A stretch of 64,000 nucleotides of DNA from Candidatus Niyogibacteria bacterium (GCA_016181935.1 JACOYI010000002.1:63961-127960); one strand, 5' to 3'. Counted from the stretch's first letter, positions 26,446-36,411 are shown. Program-made: numbers and translations. The notes: generated from the sequence alone by a model not told the origin.

Positions 26446-26568
26446 TCCAAACCTCCAGTCTCTAGCCTCTAGTTTCCAGTCTCTAGAAGTTATCCACACC
26501 GGCCTTTACAAAAATTATCGTTCGGGTATGAAAGAGAGAGGTCGCCCGCTTATCACTAACTTTTTAGT

Positions 26569-26706
26569 ATGACGTACGAAGAAGTCAACTTCACTGCCCG
26601 CCCCGGAGAAACGGGCGACGGCGAAGAGGAGCTGGAAGGGGGAAGCGAGGGGTACGAATCGGGGGATCCTTTTACCGAAGAAGACGCGGACGAAGCTAAG
26701 TATTAA
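26569..26706 (+). CDS. Possible small acidic protein (45 aa)
   Basis: ATG…TAA ORF MTYEEVNFTARPGETGDGEEELEGGSEGYESGDPFTEEDADEAKY, followed directly by a terminator hairpin. Weak evidence. Confidence 0.2.
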   Translation: MTYEEVNFTARPGETGDGEEELEGGSEGYESGDPFTEEDADEAKY

Positions 26707-26715
26707 ACGAATCAA

Positions 26716-26739
26716 CAACCCCGCCGCCGGCGGGGTTGT
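26716..26739. terminator. Bidirectional GC-rich terminator hairpin
   Basis: AACCCCGCCG-CCGG-CGGCGGGGTT flanked by a T-run. It lies 2 nt from the tyrS stop on the minus strand. Confidence 0.5.
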
Positions 26740-26741
26740 TT

Positions 26742-27908
26742 TCATTCGAGTTCGAGTTTTGCGAATTTCTTCTTGCCGACAATTAAAATGCCTGATTTAC
26801 GGACGCTAAAATTTGGATCACGAATCGTCTCACCATCAAACTCAACAGCATCTCCCCAAATCAGGCGCCGCGCTTCCATTCTCGATAAAGCAAAATTGAG
26901 ATCCATCATTACATCGATGACCTGCGGGAAACCGGAAATTTTTTTGATAGGCGCGTTTTCAAAATCTCTTTTTGAAAACATTTTTATAAAATTCGCTTTG
27001 GCTTTTTTTGCTTTTGCCTCCCCATGGCATTGTGCAACCACCTCGAACGCGAGACGTAATTTTGCGTCGCGCGGATTCTTTAAAATCTCCGCTTCATATT
27101 CGCCCCGCGGGATATCCGTTAACAACGGGTAATAAAAGTCTTGCATTGCGGCATCCGATATCGACATGATCTTTCCGAACACGTCGTCGGACGCATCCTC
27201 AAGACCGATGAAATTACCGAAGCTCTTGGACATTTTTTTTACGCCATCGGTTCCCACAAGTAATTTAATCGTCATGATATCCTGCTCTTTTTTCCCGAAT
27301 TTCCGTTGGATGCGCCGCCCCGCGAGCAGATTGAACTCTTGGTCCGAGCCCCCAACCTCAATATCCGCGTTGACCGCCACCGAATCATATCCCTGCAATA
27401 CCGGATACAGCGCTTCGAGCAGCGCGATCTCTTGCCCCGCATCCATGCGTTTTTTGAAATCCTGCCGTTCGAGCATTTGCTGAATCGATGCCAGCGACAT
27501 CAATTCCAGTAAAAGCTTGGCCCCGCCTTTTTTCAGCCATTCGCTGTTATGACGGATCTCCGCCTTTTTGATATCAATAAACTTCCCCGCCTGCTTTAGA
27601 TACCGTTTTTCATTCGCCCCCGCCTCTTTTTCCGAGAGCATCTTCCGTGTTTCCGAGCGTCCGGACGGATCGCCGATCTGGGCCGTAAAATCGCCGATGA
27701 TCAAAACAATGATATGCCCCGTATCCTGAAGCTTTTTTAAAATACGAAAAATAGCGGCGTGCCCCAAGTGTAGCTCGGGGGCCGTCGGGTCAATGCCGAA
27801 TTTTATCCTCTGCGGCCCGGAAGTTAAAGCGCGCAACAGATGATTTTTTTCTTCGAGGCGCGCAATAATGCCCCGCTCGCTCCATGATTCAAGAAATCCC
27901 GATTCCAT
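26742..27908 (-). CDS. tyrS: Tyrosine--tRNA ligase
   Basis: HIGH motif (HLGHAA), KMSKS motif (KKMSKSFGN) and a C-terminal S4 RNA-binding domain. Confidence 0.95.
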   Translation of the reverse strand: MESGFLESWSERGIIARLEEKNHLLRALTSGPQRIKFGIDPTAPELHLGHAAIFRILKKLQDTGHIIVLIIGDFTAQIGDPSGRSETRKMLSEKEAGANEKRYLKQAGKFIDIKKAEIRHNSEWLKKGGAKLLLELMSLASIQQMLERQDFKKRMDAGQEIALLEALYPVLQGYDSVAVNADIEVGGSDQEFNLLAGRRIQRKFGKKEQDIMTIKLLVGTDGVKKMSKSFGNFIGLEDASDDVFGKIMSISDAAMQDFYYPLLTDIPRGEYEAEILKNPRDAKLRLAFEVVAQCHGEAKAKKAKANFIKMFSKRDFENAPIKKISGFPQVIDVMMDLNFALSRMEARRLIWGDAVEFDGETIRDPNFSVRKSGILIVGKKKFAKLELE

Positions 27909-27950
27909 TGCTTCACCCTATCACGCGCATATCCGCGCTTCAACAAAGCC

Positions 27951-30551
27951 TTGAAAAAGCGGGGAAATGTGACATTATCAACCCTAATGACCAAAAAACT
28001 CCTGCGGCTCAAAAAAATAGGGCTGCGCGCCGGAATTGCCGCTATTGTTTTGGGCGGGATCCTTGCGCTTTGGATCCTGACCCTCGATATCCCGAATTTC
28101 GAGGGGTTTTCCGAGCGAAAGATCGTTGAATCCACCAAGATCTACGATCGGACGGGTTCGATCCTTCTCTACGATGTTCACCGCGACGTGCAAAGGACCG
28201 TCGTTCCTTTTGAAGAGATCCCGCGCCACGTAAAAAACGCGACCGTCATCATCGAGGACGCGAATTTCTACAATCACGGCGGTTTTGATGTTTCGGGATT
28301 TTTCAGAGCCGTTCTTGTGAATGTCCTTTCAGGCAACTTCACGCAGGGCGGCTCGACCATCACCCAGCAACTCGTCAAAAACGCGCTCTTAACACCCGAA
28401 AAAACCTTTGACCGCAAGCTGAAAGAGTTGATCCTTGCATTGCGGGTTGAACGCACGTATTCCAAGGAGCAGATCCTTGAATTTTATTTAAACGAGATCC
28501 CTTATGGGTCTTCGGCATACGGCGTTGCGGCGGCCGCCGAAATTTATTTCGGGAAGAAGCTTCCGGATATCACCCTTGCCGAATCGGCGTATCTAGCCGC
28601 GCTCCCCCGCGCACCGACCTATTATTCCCCCTATGGCGCGCATCGCGACACATTGGATAAGCGCAAGGATCTGGTTCTTTCGCGCCTTTTGAAAAATGAT
28701 TTTGTCACGCAAGAGGAATACGATGCCGCCGCCAAGGAAGAAGTGAAATTCGTCACGCGCGGCAATGAAACGCTCAAAGCGCCGCACTTCGTGCTCTACG
28801 TCAAAGAATACCTTGCCCAAAAATACGGCGAGGAAATGGTGGAGCGCGGCGGACTTAAAGTGACGACCACGCTCGATTGGGAATTGCAGCAAAAAGCCGA
28901 GGAGCTTACGAAAAAATTCGTCGAGGAGGAACAGGAAAAATTCAACGTGCATAATGCGGGCCTCGTTGCGGTTGATCCGCAAACCGGCGGTATTCGCGTG
29001 ATGGTCGGGTCGCGCGATTTTTTCGGCGAACCCCTGCCTGCGGGATGCACGCCGGGCGCAACGTGCCGGTTCGAGCCGCAAGTGAATGTGACGGCGTACT
29101 CTTTTGGCCGCCAGCCGGGTTCGGCGTTCAAGCCTTTTGTGTACGCAACCGCGTTCAAAAAAGGCTACGCTCCCGAGACCGCCATCTTCGATCTTCCTAC
29201 GGAATTCAATCCCGACTGCGACCCTGATGTCGCGAAACAGGAGCTTGAGCCGGAAGACGAAAACCGCCCCGATTCCCAAAATCCGTGCTACCATCCGAAA
29301 AACTATGACGAGGTCTTCCGCGGACCCATCACGTTCCGCGAAGCGCTCGCACAATCCATCAACGTACCCGCCGTTAAGGTTCTCTATCTTGCGGGCCTTA
29401 TTGATTCCTTGAAAACCGCGCGCGACCTCGGCATCACCACGCTCGCCGATCCCGCGCGATACGGTTTGACGCTGGTGCTGGGCGGCGGTGAAGTGAAGCT
29501 TTTGGAAATGGTTGCGGCCTACGGCGTTTTCGCGAACGACGGCCTTCGTAATCCCGTGACATCGATTGTGAAAGTCGAGGATGCGCGGGGAAACATTCTG
29601 GAAGAATGGAAATCGGGGCCAGTTCAGGTTTTGGACACCCAAGTCGCGCGCCAGATTTCAAGCGTGCTCGCCGACAACAAAGCGCGTTCTCCCGCATTCG
29701 GCGAACAATCCTATCTAGTGATCCCCGGACACACGGTCGCCGCCAAAACCGGAACGACCAATGACTATCGCGACGCATGGGTCATTGGATATGTCCCCAA
29801 TCTCGCGGTCGGCGTGTGGTTCGGCAACAACGACAACACCGCGATGGAAAAACGCGTTGCGGGGTTCATTGCCGCGCCGTTATGGAATGCGTTTTTTCAA
29901 ACGGCGCTTCTCAGTATCGAAAAAAAAGACCTGATCCCGCCGACGCCCGAAACCATCGAAAAACCGGTTCTCCGCGGCGATTGGAGGGGCGGCATCACCT
30001 ACACGATCGATACGATCTCCGGAAAACGCGCGACCGAATATACACCGCCGCAATACCGCAAAAATGTGCCTCTGACCCAGATCCACACAATTCTTCATTG
30101 GGTGGATAAAAATAATCCGTTGGGACCGAATCCCGCAGACCCCGGACGCGACCCTCAATATGAACAATGGGAATTCGCCGTTCGCCGATGGATTTCGTTT
30201 CAAGGGATCCGCGAGGAGACAGAAGCCGACATTCCGCAGGAATTCGATGATGTCCACCGGCCGGAATATGCGCCATCGATCTCTTTCAAACCCGCCCCTT
30301 CGGATTCCTTTCCCCGGACCGGTACACTGAGTTTCGGGCTTACGGTTTCCACAAGCCGCTATCCGGTGCAGGAGATCGCGGTGACGCTGGGCGGGCGCTT
30401 ATTGGGAACGATCAAAAGCGCGCCGTATACGTTCGTCTACAATCTCGGCACGCTCGCGAATTTGAATCCTACAGAAACCGTCGCGGTCATCGCGTATGAC
30501 AGCGTCGGCAACAGCACAACGATCGAACGCGTCATCCGGATCACGGATTAA
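27951..30551 (+). CDS. Class A penicillin-binding protein (PBP1A family)
   Basis: N-terminal TM, GT51 motifs (EDANFYNHGG, GGSTITQQLVKN) and transpeptidase SxxK (SAFKP), SxN and KTGTT motifs. It also has a ~180-aa C-terminal extension. Confidence 0.9.
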   Translation: MKKRGNVTLSTLMTKKLLRLKKIGLRAGIAAIVLGGILALWILTLDIPNFEGFSERKIVESTKIYDRTGSILLYDVHRDVQRTVVPFEEIPRHVKNATVIIEDANFYNHGGFDVSGFFRAVLVNVLSGNFTQGGSTITQQLVKNALLTPEKTFDRKLKELILALRVERTYSKEQILEFYLNEIPYGSSAYGVAAAAEIYFGKKLPDITLAESAYLAALPRAPTYYSPYGAHRDTLDKRKDLVLSRLLKNDFVTQEEYDAAAKEEVKFVTRGNETLKAPHFVLYVKEYLAQKYGEEMVERGGLKVTTTLDWELQQKAEELTKKFVEEEQEKFNVHNAGLVAVDPQTGGIRVMVGSRDFFGEPLPAGCTPGATCRFEPQVNVTAYSFGRQPGSAFKPFVYATAFKKGYAPETAIFDLPTEFNPDCDPDVAKQELEPEDENRPDSQNPCYHPKNYDEVFRGPITFREALAQSINVPAVKVLYLAGLIDSLKTARDLGITTLADPARYGLTLVLGGGEVKLLEMVAAYGVFANDGLRNPVTSIVKVEDARGNILEEWKSGPVQVLDTQVARQISSVLADNKARSPAFGEQSYLVIPGHTVAAKTGTTNDYRDAWVIGYVPNLAVGVWFGNNDNTAMEKRVAGFIAAPLWNAFFQTALLSIEKKDLIPPTPETIEKPVLRGDWRGGITYTIDTISGKRATEYTPPQYRKNVPLTQIHTILHWVDKNNPLGPNPADPGRDPQYEQWEFAVRRWISFQGIREETEADIPQEFDDVHRPEYAPSISFKPAPSDSFPRTGTLSFGLTVSTSRYPVQEIAVTLGGRLLGTIKSAPYTFVYNLGTLANLNPTETVAVIAYDSVGNSTTIERVIRITD

Positions 30552-31651
30552 ACGCTCTTCATCGGCATTACCAAGTAGATATACGAAACGTCTTGCGGAT
30601 TTTGGATGACGAGCGGCCGGCCGGAACCCGAAAAACGCAACAGAACGGTCTCCGACAAAAGAGGGTCCAGCCCCTCAACGACATACCGCTGGTTGAACGA
30701 CATTTCGAGCCCCGAGCCTGTGATATCCGCCTTCATGCGGCTCGAATGTTCCCCAATCTCGCTATCCGTTGTCCGGATCTCCAGCAACCCATCGGCTGGA
30801 TACACTTTAAAACGCATTTCTTTCATCTGCCCTGAAAAAATGCCGGCGAGTTTCGCGTGCTCCAAAAATTCCGTGCGGTTCGCCGTCACTTCCGTCGTGA
30901 ACGACCGGGGAATCACTTGTTCGTAATCCGGGAATTTTCCTTCAGTGAGACGCGTAAAATAAGAAAAGTTTTGGTGATCCACGAAAAATTGCTGGCTGTC
31001 AAAAACACAATCTAATGATCCGGAAAAATTCTCAAGGATCCGAATAAACTCTCCAAGCCTACGCCACGGAAAAAGAAAAGAGAATTGTTTTGCTGTTTTG
31101 TTTGTGAACGCGCGCTCCGCAAGCCGAAAAGAATCCGTTGCGGCGATCTTAATAAGTCCGTCGGAAAATCCCCGAATAAGGACACTTGCGATCTCCGGAC
31201 GGATATCGGAGCGCGCCGCCGCAAAAAGAACGGAGTGCGCCGCTTTTAAAAAACTTTCGATAGGGACCGATATATGTTCTCCGTTTTTTATTTTCGGCAT
31301 CGTCGGAAAATCATCTTTTGGATACCCTTTCAGTGTGGAGGTTGTCGTATGTGTTGCGAAGTGAACAATAGAATCCTCCGCTTCCACATGAACCGTGTCG
31401 CCTCCCGCCGACGAAACCAGCTGGATGGTTGGACGCACCGGGATCACCGCGCTTCCTTCGCGGCGCATTTCACGGACAGGAACGGTCATTTGAAATCCAG
31501 TATTCAAATCGGTCGATCGGATAATAACCGTGTTTTTATTGGTTTCCAATAGAATCCCTTGAAGAGCCGGAATGGTCGAAACGCGATCTGCCAGATGTTC
31601 GGCGAGTTTAAGTCCTTTAGCGAATTCTATACGTGAACAGATGAAATCCAT
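30548..31651 (-). CDS. dnaN: DNA polymerase III beta sliding clamp
   Basis: 367 aa with a three-domain clamp pattern. It is positioned directly downstream of dnaA. Confidence 0.9.
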   Translation of the reverse strand: MDFICSRIEFAKGLKLAEHLADRVSTIPALQGILLETNKNTVIIRSTDLNTGFQMTVPVREMRREGSAVIPVRPTIQLVSSAGGDTVHVEAEDSIVHFATHTTTSTLKGYPKDDFPTMPKIKNGEHISVPIESFLKAAHSVLFAAARSDIRPEIASVLIRGFSDGLIKIAATDSFRLAERAFTNKTAKQFSFLFPWRRLGEFIRILENFSGSLDCVFDSQQFFVDHQNFSYFTRLTEGKFPDYEQVIPRSFTTEVTANRTEFLEHAKLAGIFSGQMKEMRFKVYPADGLLEIRTTDSEIGEHSSRMKADITGSGLEMSFNQRYVVEGLDPLLSETVLLRFSGSGRPLVIQNPQDVSYIYLVMPMKSV

Positions 31652-31884
31652 GCTTCTTTTTATGTATTAGTTCAATAAATAAGTTGTAGTAAGTGTGTGT
31701 GAATAAGGGGATAAACAGAATTTTTCGAAATATATTCAAAAATTTTACACCCTAGTTTTTGTGTTTTATGTGGATATTGTTTGGATGAAAACAAGCGCGG
31801 AAAAAATTTTTTCCAAAATCCCATTGTTATCATCAGTAAATCCACAATGTTTTACACCCGATATCCCGTCCGTTATCTGTCCGG
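31652..31884. promoter_or_regulatory. Candidate oriC segment (AT-rich dnaA-dnaN intergenic region with DnaA-box-like 9-mers)
   Basis: TGTGGATAT at 31769-31777 and AAATCCACA at 31838-31846 are near-consensus TTATCCACA boxes. The region is AT-rich and sits in a conserved origin gene context. Confidence 0.4.
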
Positions 31885-33246
31885 TCAGGATTTATCGTCT
31901 TCATAAAGGTGTGACCGAATGGTTTTCATTTCCTCCCGAAGCCGCTCATCTTTTTTCAAATCATTCGAAATTTTCAAATATGCATGGATGGCGGTTGTAT
32001 GGTCGCGGCCGCCGAATTTCTGGCCGATATAGGGATATGAGCCGCTGAAATCCTCCCGAAGCAGATACATGGCGATCTGCCGCGGACGCACAACTTCTTT
32101 GCGCCGCGTTTTTTCGAACAAAAACCGCTCCGGAACATCATAGAATTGGGCGACCGATTTGATGATGTGCTGAGCGGAAAGGGATTTTCGGGGTTTTGTG
32201 TTTTTGGAGAGGATCTCCTTGACTTCTTCCGCGGAGAGCGGGCGGCGGCGTATCTTGGAGTTGGCGACGATCGTATTGAGCGCCCCCTCCAGTTCCCGGA
32301 TATTGGTTTGAATGACCGACGCGATGTACTCCAAAATATCGGCTGCCGGCCGATATTCCTCCTTTCCGGCCGTTTTCGCTTGTAAGATCGCAAGTCGTGT
32401 TTCGTAATCCGGCTCCACAACATCCGCCATCATCCCCCCTTCAAAACGGGAGCGAAGGCGGTCGTCCAGATTAATGATGGATTTTGGCGCCCGATCGGAT
32501 GAAAAAACGATCTGTTTCGAGGCCTCCGACATCGCGTTGAAAATATGGAACATTTCCTCTTGGGAGGCGGTCCGGTTCGCGATGAATTGAACGTCGTCCA
32601 AGATCAGGAGATCGAATGAGCGGTATTTTTCTTTGATCGCCTCTTTTTCAGATGGCGTTCGAATGGCGAACATAATGTCGTTCGCGAAACGTTCCGTGCT
32701 TACATAATAGACCCGCTTTGCAGGAAAAAGAGCGCGCGTTTGATTGCCGATCGATTGCAATAAATGGGTTTTTCCAAGCCCAACCCCCCCATAGATATAG
32801 AGAGGGTTATAGGCGAGCCCGGGTTTTTCGGTAACCGCAAGAGCGGCCGCATGCGCGATCTCATTGAAGCGCCCGACAATGAACGTATCGAATGTGTATC
32901 GAGGATTGAGGTTGGTGTCTTTGTCCACATATAGCTCACGGAAATCCATCTGCTCTTCGTGCGGCTTCGGCGGCGGCGTTTTTGAGGGCGGGAGCATGGA
33001 TTGGGAGAGGATCGAGAATTCGATCGAGCGCACTTCCGGCGCGTGCGTTCGCAGATGCTTCAAAACAAGTTTTAGATATTTATTTTCAAGCCACTCTTTG
33101 ACGAACGCGGACGGCGTTCCAACCATGATCTTGCCGTTCAACTGATCCAAGATCGCGGTTTGTGCGAACCACGTTGCAAAATTTGCGGGCGAAAGCTCGA
33201 TTTCGATGTCGTGGAGAGTTAGTTTCCAAAGCTCTTCATTGGTCAT
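31885..33246 (-). CDS. dnaA: Chromosomal replication initiator DnaA
   Basis: AAA+ Walker A GGVGLGKTHLLQ, DnaA signature and a C-terminal HTH domain. The start was chosen at MTNEELWKL; the ORF could extend to 33291. Confidence 0.9.
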   Translation of the reverse strand: MTNEELWKLTLHDIEIELSPANFATWFAQTAILDQLNGKIMVGTPSAFVKEWLENKYLKLVLKHLRTHAPEVRSIEFSILSQSMLPPSKTPPPKPHEEQMDFRELYVDKDTNLNPRYTFDTFIVGRFNEIAHAAALAVTEKPGLAYNPLYIYGGVGLGKTHLLQSIGNQTRALFPAKRVYYVSTERFANDIMFAIRTPSEKEAIKEKYRSFDLLILDDVQFIANRTASQEEMFHIFNAMSEASKQIVFSSDRAPKSIINLDDRLRSRFEGGMMADVVEPDYETRLAILQAKTAGKEEYRPAADILEYIASVIQTNIRELEGALNTIVANSKIRRRPLSAEEVKEILSKNTKPRKSLSAQHIIKSVAQFYDVPERFLFEKTRRKEVVRPRQIAMYLLREDFSGSYPYIGQKFGGRDHTTAIHAYLKISNDLKKDERLREEMKTIRSHLYEDDKS

Positions 33247-33384
33247 AGCGAGTTTATTATAAATTTTCCGTGTTCTGTTCCGAAATCGCAAAATCCCAAT
33301 TAAACCTTACTATATATGTTAATAACGTGTGGATACGGTGGAAAGATTGTGCAGTGCCCGAGCGTGTTGTAGAATGAAAAAACC

Positions 33385-33522
33385 ATGCCGAAACGAACCT
33401 ATCAGCCTAAAAACCGAAAACGTTCCCGTGTCCACGGTTTTCTTAAACGGACCCGGGTTGCGGGCGGACGGGCCATTCTTCTTCGCCGCCGCCGCAAAGG
33501 ACGCGCCCGTCTGACCGTTTGA
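33385..33522 (+). CDS. rpmH: 50S ribosomal protein L34
   Basis: [45 protein letters not shown]. It was missed by the ORF track because it is under 60 aa. Confidence 0.9.
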   Translation: MPKRTYQPKNRKRSRVHGFLKRTRVAGGRAILLRRRRKGRARLTV

Positions 33523-33526
33523 AAGC

Positions 33527-33865
33527 GTGGCGCTTTCCCGAATTCATCGGTTAAAGGACAGGACGCGCATCGGGCGCGTTCTTCGCTTCGGACGGCGCGC
33601 CTCTATTGCCGGTATGCGGATCTCGATGGCGAAATCCCCCGACATACATTCGCATCTTGCCATTACTGTCCCTAAAACGATCGACAAGCGTTCGACTGTC
33701 CGAAACGCGCTGCGCCGCCGCGCGGCCGAAATCCTGCGTCCGATACTTCCCCGCCTCTCGCCACCCGCCGATATTGTGATAACGTTGTCTCCCGGCGCGA
33801 AAGCGCTCGATTCTCGAGAATTTAAACAAAAACTCGAATCCTTGGTTTATGGCCGGAATTTTTAA
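33527..33865 (+). CDS. rnpA: Ribonuclease P protein component
   Basis: 112 aa basic protein in the conserved rpmH-rnpA-yidC context (…RLKDRTRIGRVLRFGRRA…). Confidence 0.8.
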   Translation: MALSRIHRLKDRTRIGRVLRFGRRASIAGMRISMAKSPDIHSHLAITVPKTIDKRSTVRNALRRRAAEILRPILPRLSPPADIVITLSPGAKALDSREFKQKLESLVYGRNF

Positions 33866-34628
33866 CGAAGTTTTTTATCGTCCCCTTCTGAACGCGCTGG
33901 TTGTGCTGACCGGAGTATTACCGTTCCATGATCTGGGGCTCGCGGTGATCCTTTTGACGATACTCGTCCGGTTCCTTATGTTCCCGTTCAGTCATCGCCC
34001 TATGGTCGCCCAGCATAAGATGAAGATGATCGAGCCCGAACTGCAGAAGATCCGCGAGCGGGTCAAGGAACGCGAAGCGCAGGCAAAAGAGACCATGGCG
34101 CTCTATAAACGCCATGGTATCAACCCGTTCGCCGGGATCGTTTCTGTTATTTTTCAAATCCCCTTATTCCTTGCGTTATACTGGGTTTTTTCAAAAAGCG
34201 GAGCGATCGATCCCCAGTCGCTCTATTCTTTTGTGGCGCTACCGGACGGGATCCATACGGAATTTTTAGGGATCTTCGAACTGACGGAGCGGAGCATTGT
34301 TTGGGCGGCGTTCGCCGGCCTTTCGCAGTTCATTCATATGAAACTGACGAACCACCCCACGAGCGCTACGGGAGCAAAAAGCGATTTTGGAAAAGCGTTC
34401 TCATTTCAGATGACGTATGGGATGCCGTTCATCATTTTTTTCGTTTCCTTGTCGTTTCCGGCCGCGGTGAGCGTCTATTGGACAGTAAGCAATATTTTTA
34501 GTACAGTGCACGAAGGATTTGTGCGGCGCAAACTCCGCACCCAAAACGCACATGAAGCCCGAGATCGAGAAAATCCGTCAAACGATCAAAACCCTGCTGG
34601 AACGGCTGGGATGCCCGGCGTCCATTGA
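33849..34628 (+). CDS. yidC: Membrane protein insertase YidC (short form)
   Basis: Five-TM Oxa1 core (…ILLTILVRFLMFPF…QKIRE…). It overlaps both rnpA and jag. Confidence 0.85.
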   Translation: MAGIFNEVFYRPLLNALVVLTGVLPFHDLGLAVILLTILVRFLMFPFSHRPMVAQHKMKMIEPELQKIRERVKEREAQAKETMALYKRHGINPFAGIVSVIFQIPLFLALYWVFSKSGAIDPQSLYSFVALPDGIHTEFLGIFELTERSIVWAAFAGLSQFIHMKLTNHPTSATGAKSDFGKAFSFQMTYGMPFIIFFVSLSFPAAVSVYWTVSNIFSTVHEGFVRRKLRTQNAHEARDRENPSNDQNPAGTAGMPGVH

Positions 34629-35007
34629 TCACATCGAGTACCCCGACACGATCTATTTCAGTATTCACACTAAAGAAAGCGGCCTCTTGATCGGGGAGGC
34701 GGGCGAACGTCTTCGGGCTCTGAATCACGTCATCCACAAAATGATCGAGCACGAAAATCCCGACGCACCAAAATTTTTCGTTGATGTCAACGACTATCAA
34801 AAGCAAAAAACCGAGGAGTTAAAGGACGCGGCGCGGCTTTCGGCCCAGCGCGTGCGGTATTTCAAAAAAGAGGTGGCGATGGCGCCGATGAGCGCCTACG
34901 AACGGCGGATCGTGCACGCGACCCTTGCCGAATATCCGGATATTGCAACCAAAAGCGAAGGCGAAGGCGGCGCGCGCCGCGTGATCATCCGGCCGCTCTC
35001 GGGATAG
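34552..35007 (+). CDS. jag: Jag/KhpB RNA-binding protein (KH + R3H)
   Basis: …SIHTKESGLLIGEAGERLRALNHV… (KH-like) and a C-terminal R3H domain (…YERRIVHATLAEYPDIATKSEGEG…). The start was chosen at MKPEIEKIR. Confidence 0.7.
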   Translation: MKPEIEKIRQTIKTLLERLGCPASIDHIEYPDTIYFSIHTKESGLLIGEAGERLRALNHVIHKMIEHENPDAPKFFVDVNDYQKQKTEELKDAARLSAQRVRYFKKEVAMAPMSAYERRIVHATLAEYPDIATKSEGEGGARRVIIRPLSG

Positions 35008-35029
35008 CCGGCAGCTTATCAGCTAGAAC

Positions 35030-35170
35030 CCACCCCAAAACCGTTGATCGGAACGAGCGCATGCCGCGAGTAGGATTCTCGGAGCGCGACGGCGCGAGAG
35101 TAAGCAGATTTTTCAGCAGAAAAATACGGCATGCCTACTCGCGGCATGCGCGAGTGAGGTTTTGGGATGG
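35030..35170. repeat. IR-flanked intergenic repeat element, copy 2 (same core as 16005-16070)
   Basis: 19-bp perfect IR GCGCATGCCGCGAGTAGG … CCTACTCGCGGCATGCGC enclosing TCGGAGCGCGACGGCGCGAGA…GATTTTTCAGCAGAA. An outer CCCCAAAACC/GGTTTTGGG pairing is also present. Confidence 0.5.
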
Positions 35171-35232
35171 ATTCTAGTTAGTTTGTAGGCGATAGCAGTT
35201 TTTTTACCAGCTACCGGCTAATCAGCTACAAG

Positions 35233-36411
35233 CTATTCCGTGAGCGCGTAACTCCACAGCGAGTGGTTTTCCTTTTCCATAAAATAAAGAAAAGCGTCGT
35301 CGTCGGAGATCTCGAGTTTTTCAATATCAAAGAACCGGCCGACGGGGAGAATGACGTTCTCCCTTGTTTTCGTATTGATCTTCCATATAAGATCGCGCAA
35401 CTCGATCACCCCTTGCAGCCATTCGTCGGGATAGATCCCGCGCGGCGGATTTGAGTCGTTCGCGCAATAAATGATATCGGCATCGCGTCGCGAAAATGCG
35501 CATTGCGAGGCCATAGCGGCAACGGACAGGTTTTGCGGCGTTCCCGTTTCCGGCGCGAAGAAAAGCTCGGGTTTGCGGTTTTGTTCGTTGTATGAAGAGT
35601 AGACGAATGAACGGCCGGCAGGCGAAAGTTTGATCTCGAGCCCCAAAACGCCGCCCAAACGCTTTATGAGCGCGCCGGTTCGCGTGTTATAGGCAAAGTA
35701 AAATCCTTCCGCGACCCCCGAAGGCCGGTTTACGAGCGCGAATGTGTCGTTTGTGGGCCACAACAGCGCAAAATCCTGAAAGGCGAAGTTCGCGATACGG
35801 CGCTGACCCGTGTTGTCGGCTTTTGCGGTTATGAGGTCGGCTCCATCGCCCGACGGCAGGAGATAAGCGAACTCGGCGCCCGCCGGAGAGAACGCGCTAT
35901 CCAATAGGAGCGACGAGAGTGGGATCGCTTGGGTCGAGCTTGCGGAAAAGGTTGCCGCAACCACGCGCAGCGCGTCGCCCTCGAAGTATTTAAGGATGGC
36001 GCGCGCGGCGCCCTGCGCCCACAACGCATCAAAAACTTTAGGGATCGTGGTATTGGAAATGCGCAATTTCGTTTCCCCCTGCGGACTCACATCGAATACA
36101 TGGCCGGTTTGGCGCTCGATATAGCGAACGCCCGTAGTGCCGGTGATACCGAACCCTGCGACCGCCTCTGCGGACAAAAGCGTAAGCGCCATGCGTGGTA
36201 CTCCTTCCGTTGGTGGAGCCGAGATTCCTCCTTCGGTTGGTGTTACCTCCTCGCCGCCAAGACCGAAGATGTTGAACGGGAATCGGCGCACAATGCCCCG
36301 TTCCGGTTCCGGAATTTCCGCGGGCAGAGGACGAAAAACAAGCCAAAATGCGCCTCCGGCGATCATGAGGATGAAAAAGATGATAAGTCCGAGCGCGAGT
36401 GGTTTATTCAT
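35233..36411 (-). CDS. Hypothetical secreted/membrane-anchored protein (possible beta-propeller, TolB-like)
   Basis: N-terminal TM (LALGLIIFFILMIAGGAFWLV). The C-terminal region is repetitive and beta-rich. It is the last gene of the T4SS-like operon. Confidence 0.4.
   Translation of the reverse strand: MNKPLALGLIIFFILMIAGGAFWLVFRPLPAEIPEPERGIVRRFPFNIFGLGGEEVTPTEGGISAPPTEGVPRMALTLLSAEAVAGFGITGTTGVRYIERQTGHVFDVSPQGETKLRISNTTIPKVFDALWAQGAARAILKYFEGDALRVVAATFSASSTQAIPLSSLLLDSAFSPAGAEFAYLLPSGDGADLITAKADNTGQRRIANFAFQDFALLWPTNDTFALVNRPSGVAEGFYFAYNTRTGALIKRLGGVLGLEIKLSPAGRSFVYSSYNEQNRKPELFFAPETGTPQNLSVAAMASQCAFSRRDADIIYCANDSNPPRGIYPDEWLQGVIELRDLIWKINTKTRENVILPVGRFFDIEKLEISDDDAFLYFMEKENHSLWSYALTE

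Noticed and set aside
26490-26498. Isolated perfect DnaA boxes (26490 and 50247) as a second origin
   Set aside because: Single boxes without AT-rich DUE or clustering are more likely regulatory or chance sites. The dnaA-dnaN locus is the credible origin.
28593-29642. 349-aa minus-strand ORF
   Set aside because: Antisense within the PBP1A-family gene, whose conserved motifs fix the plus-strand frame.
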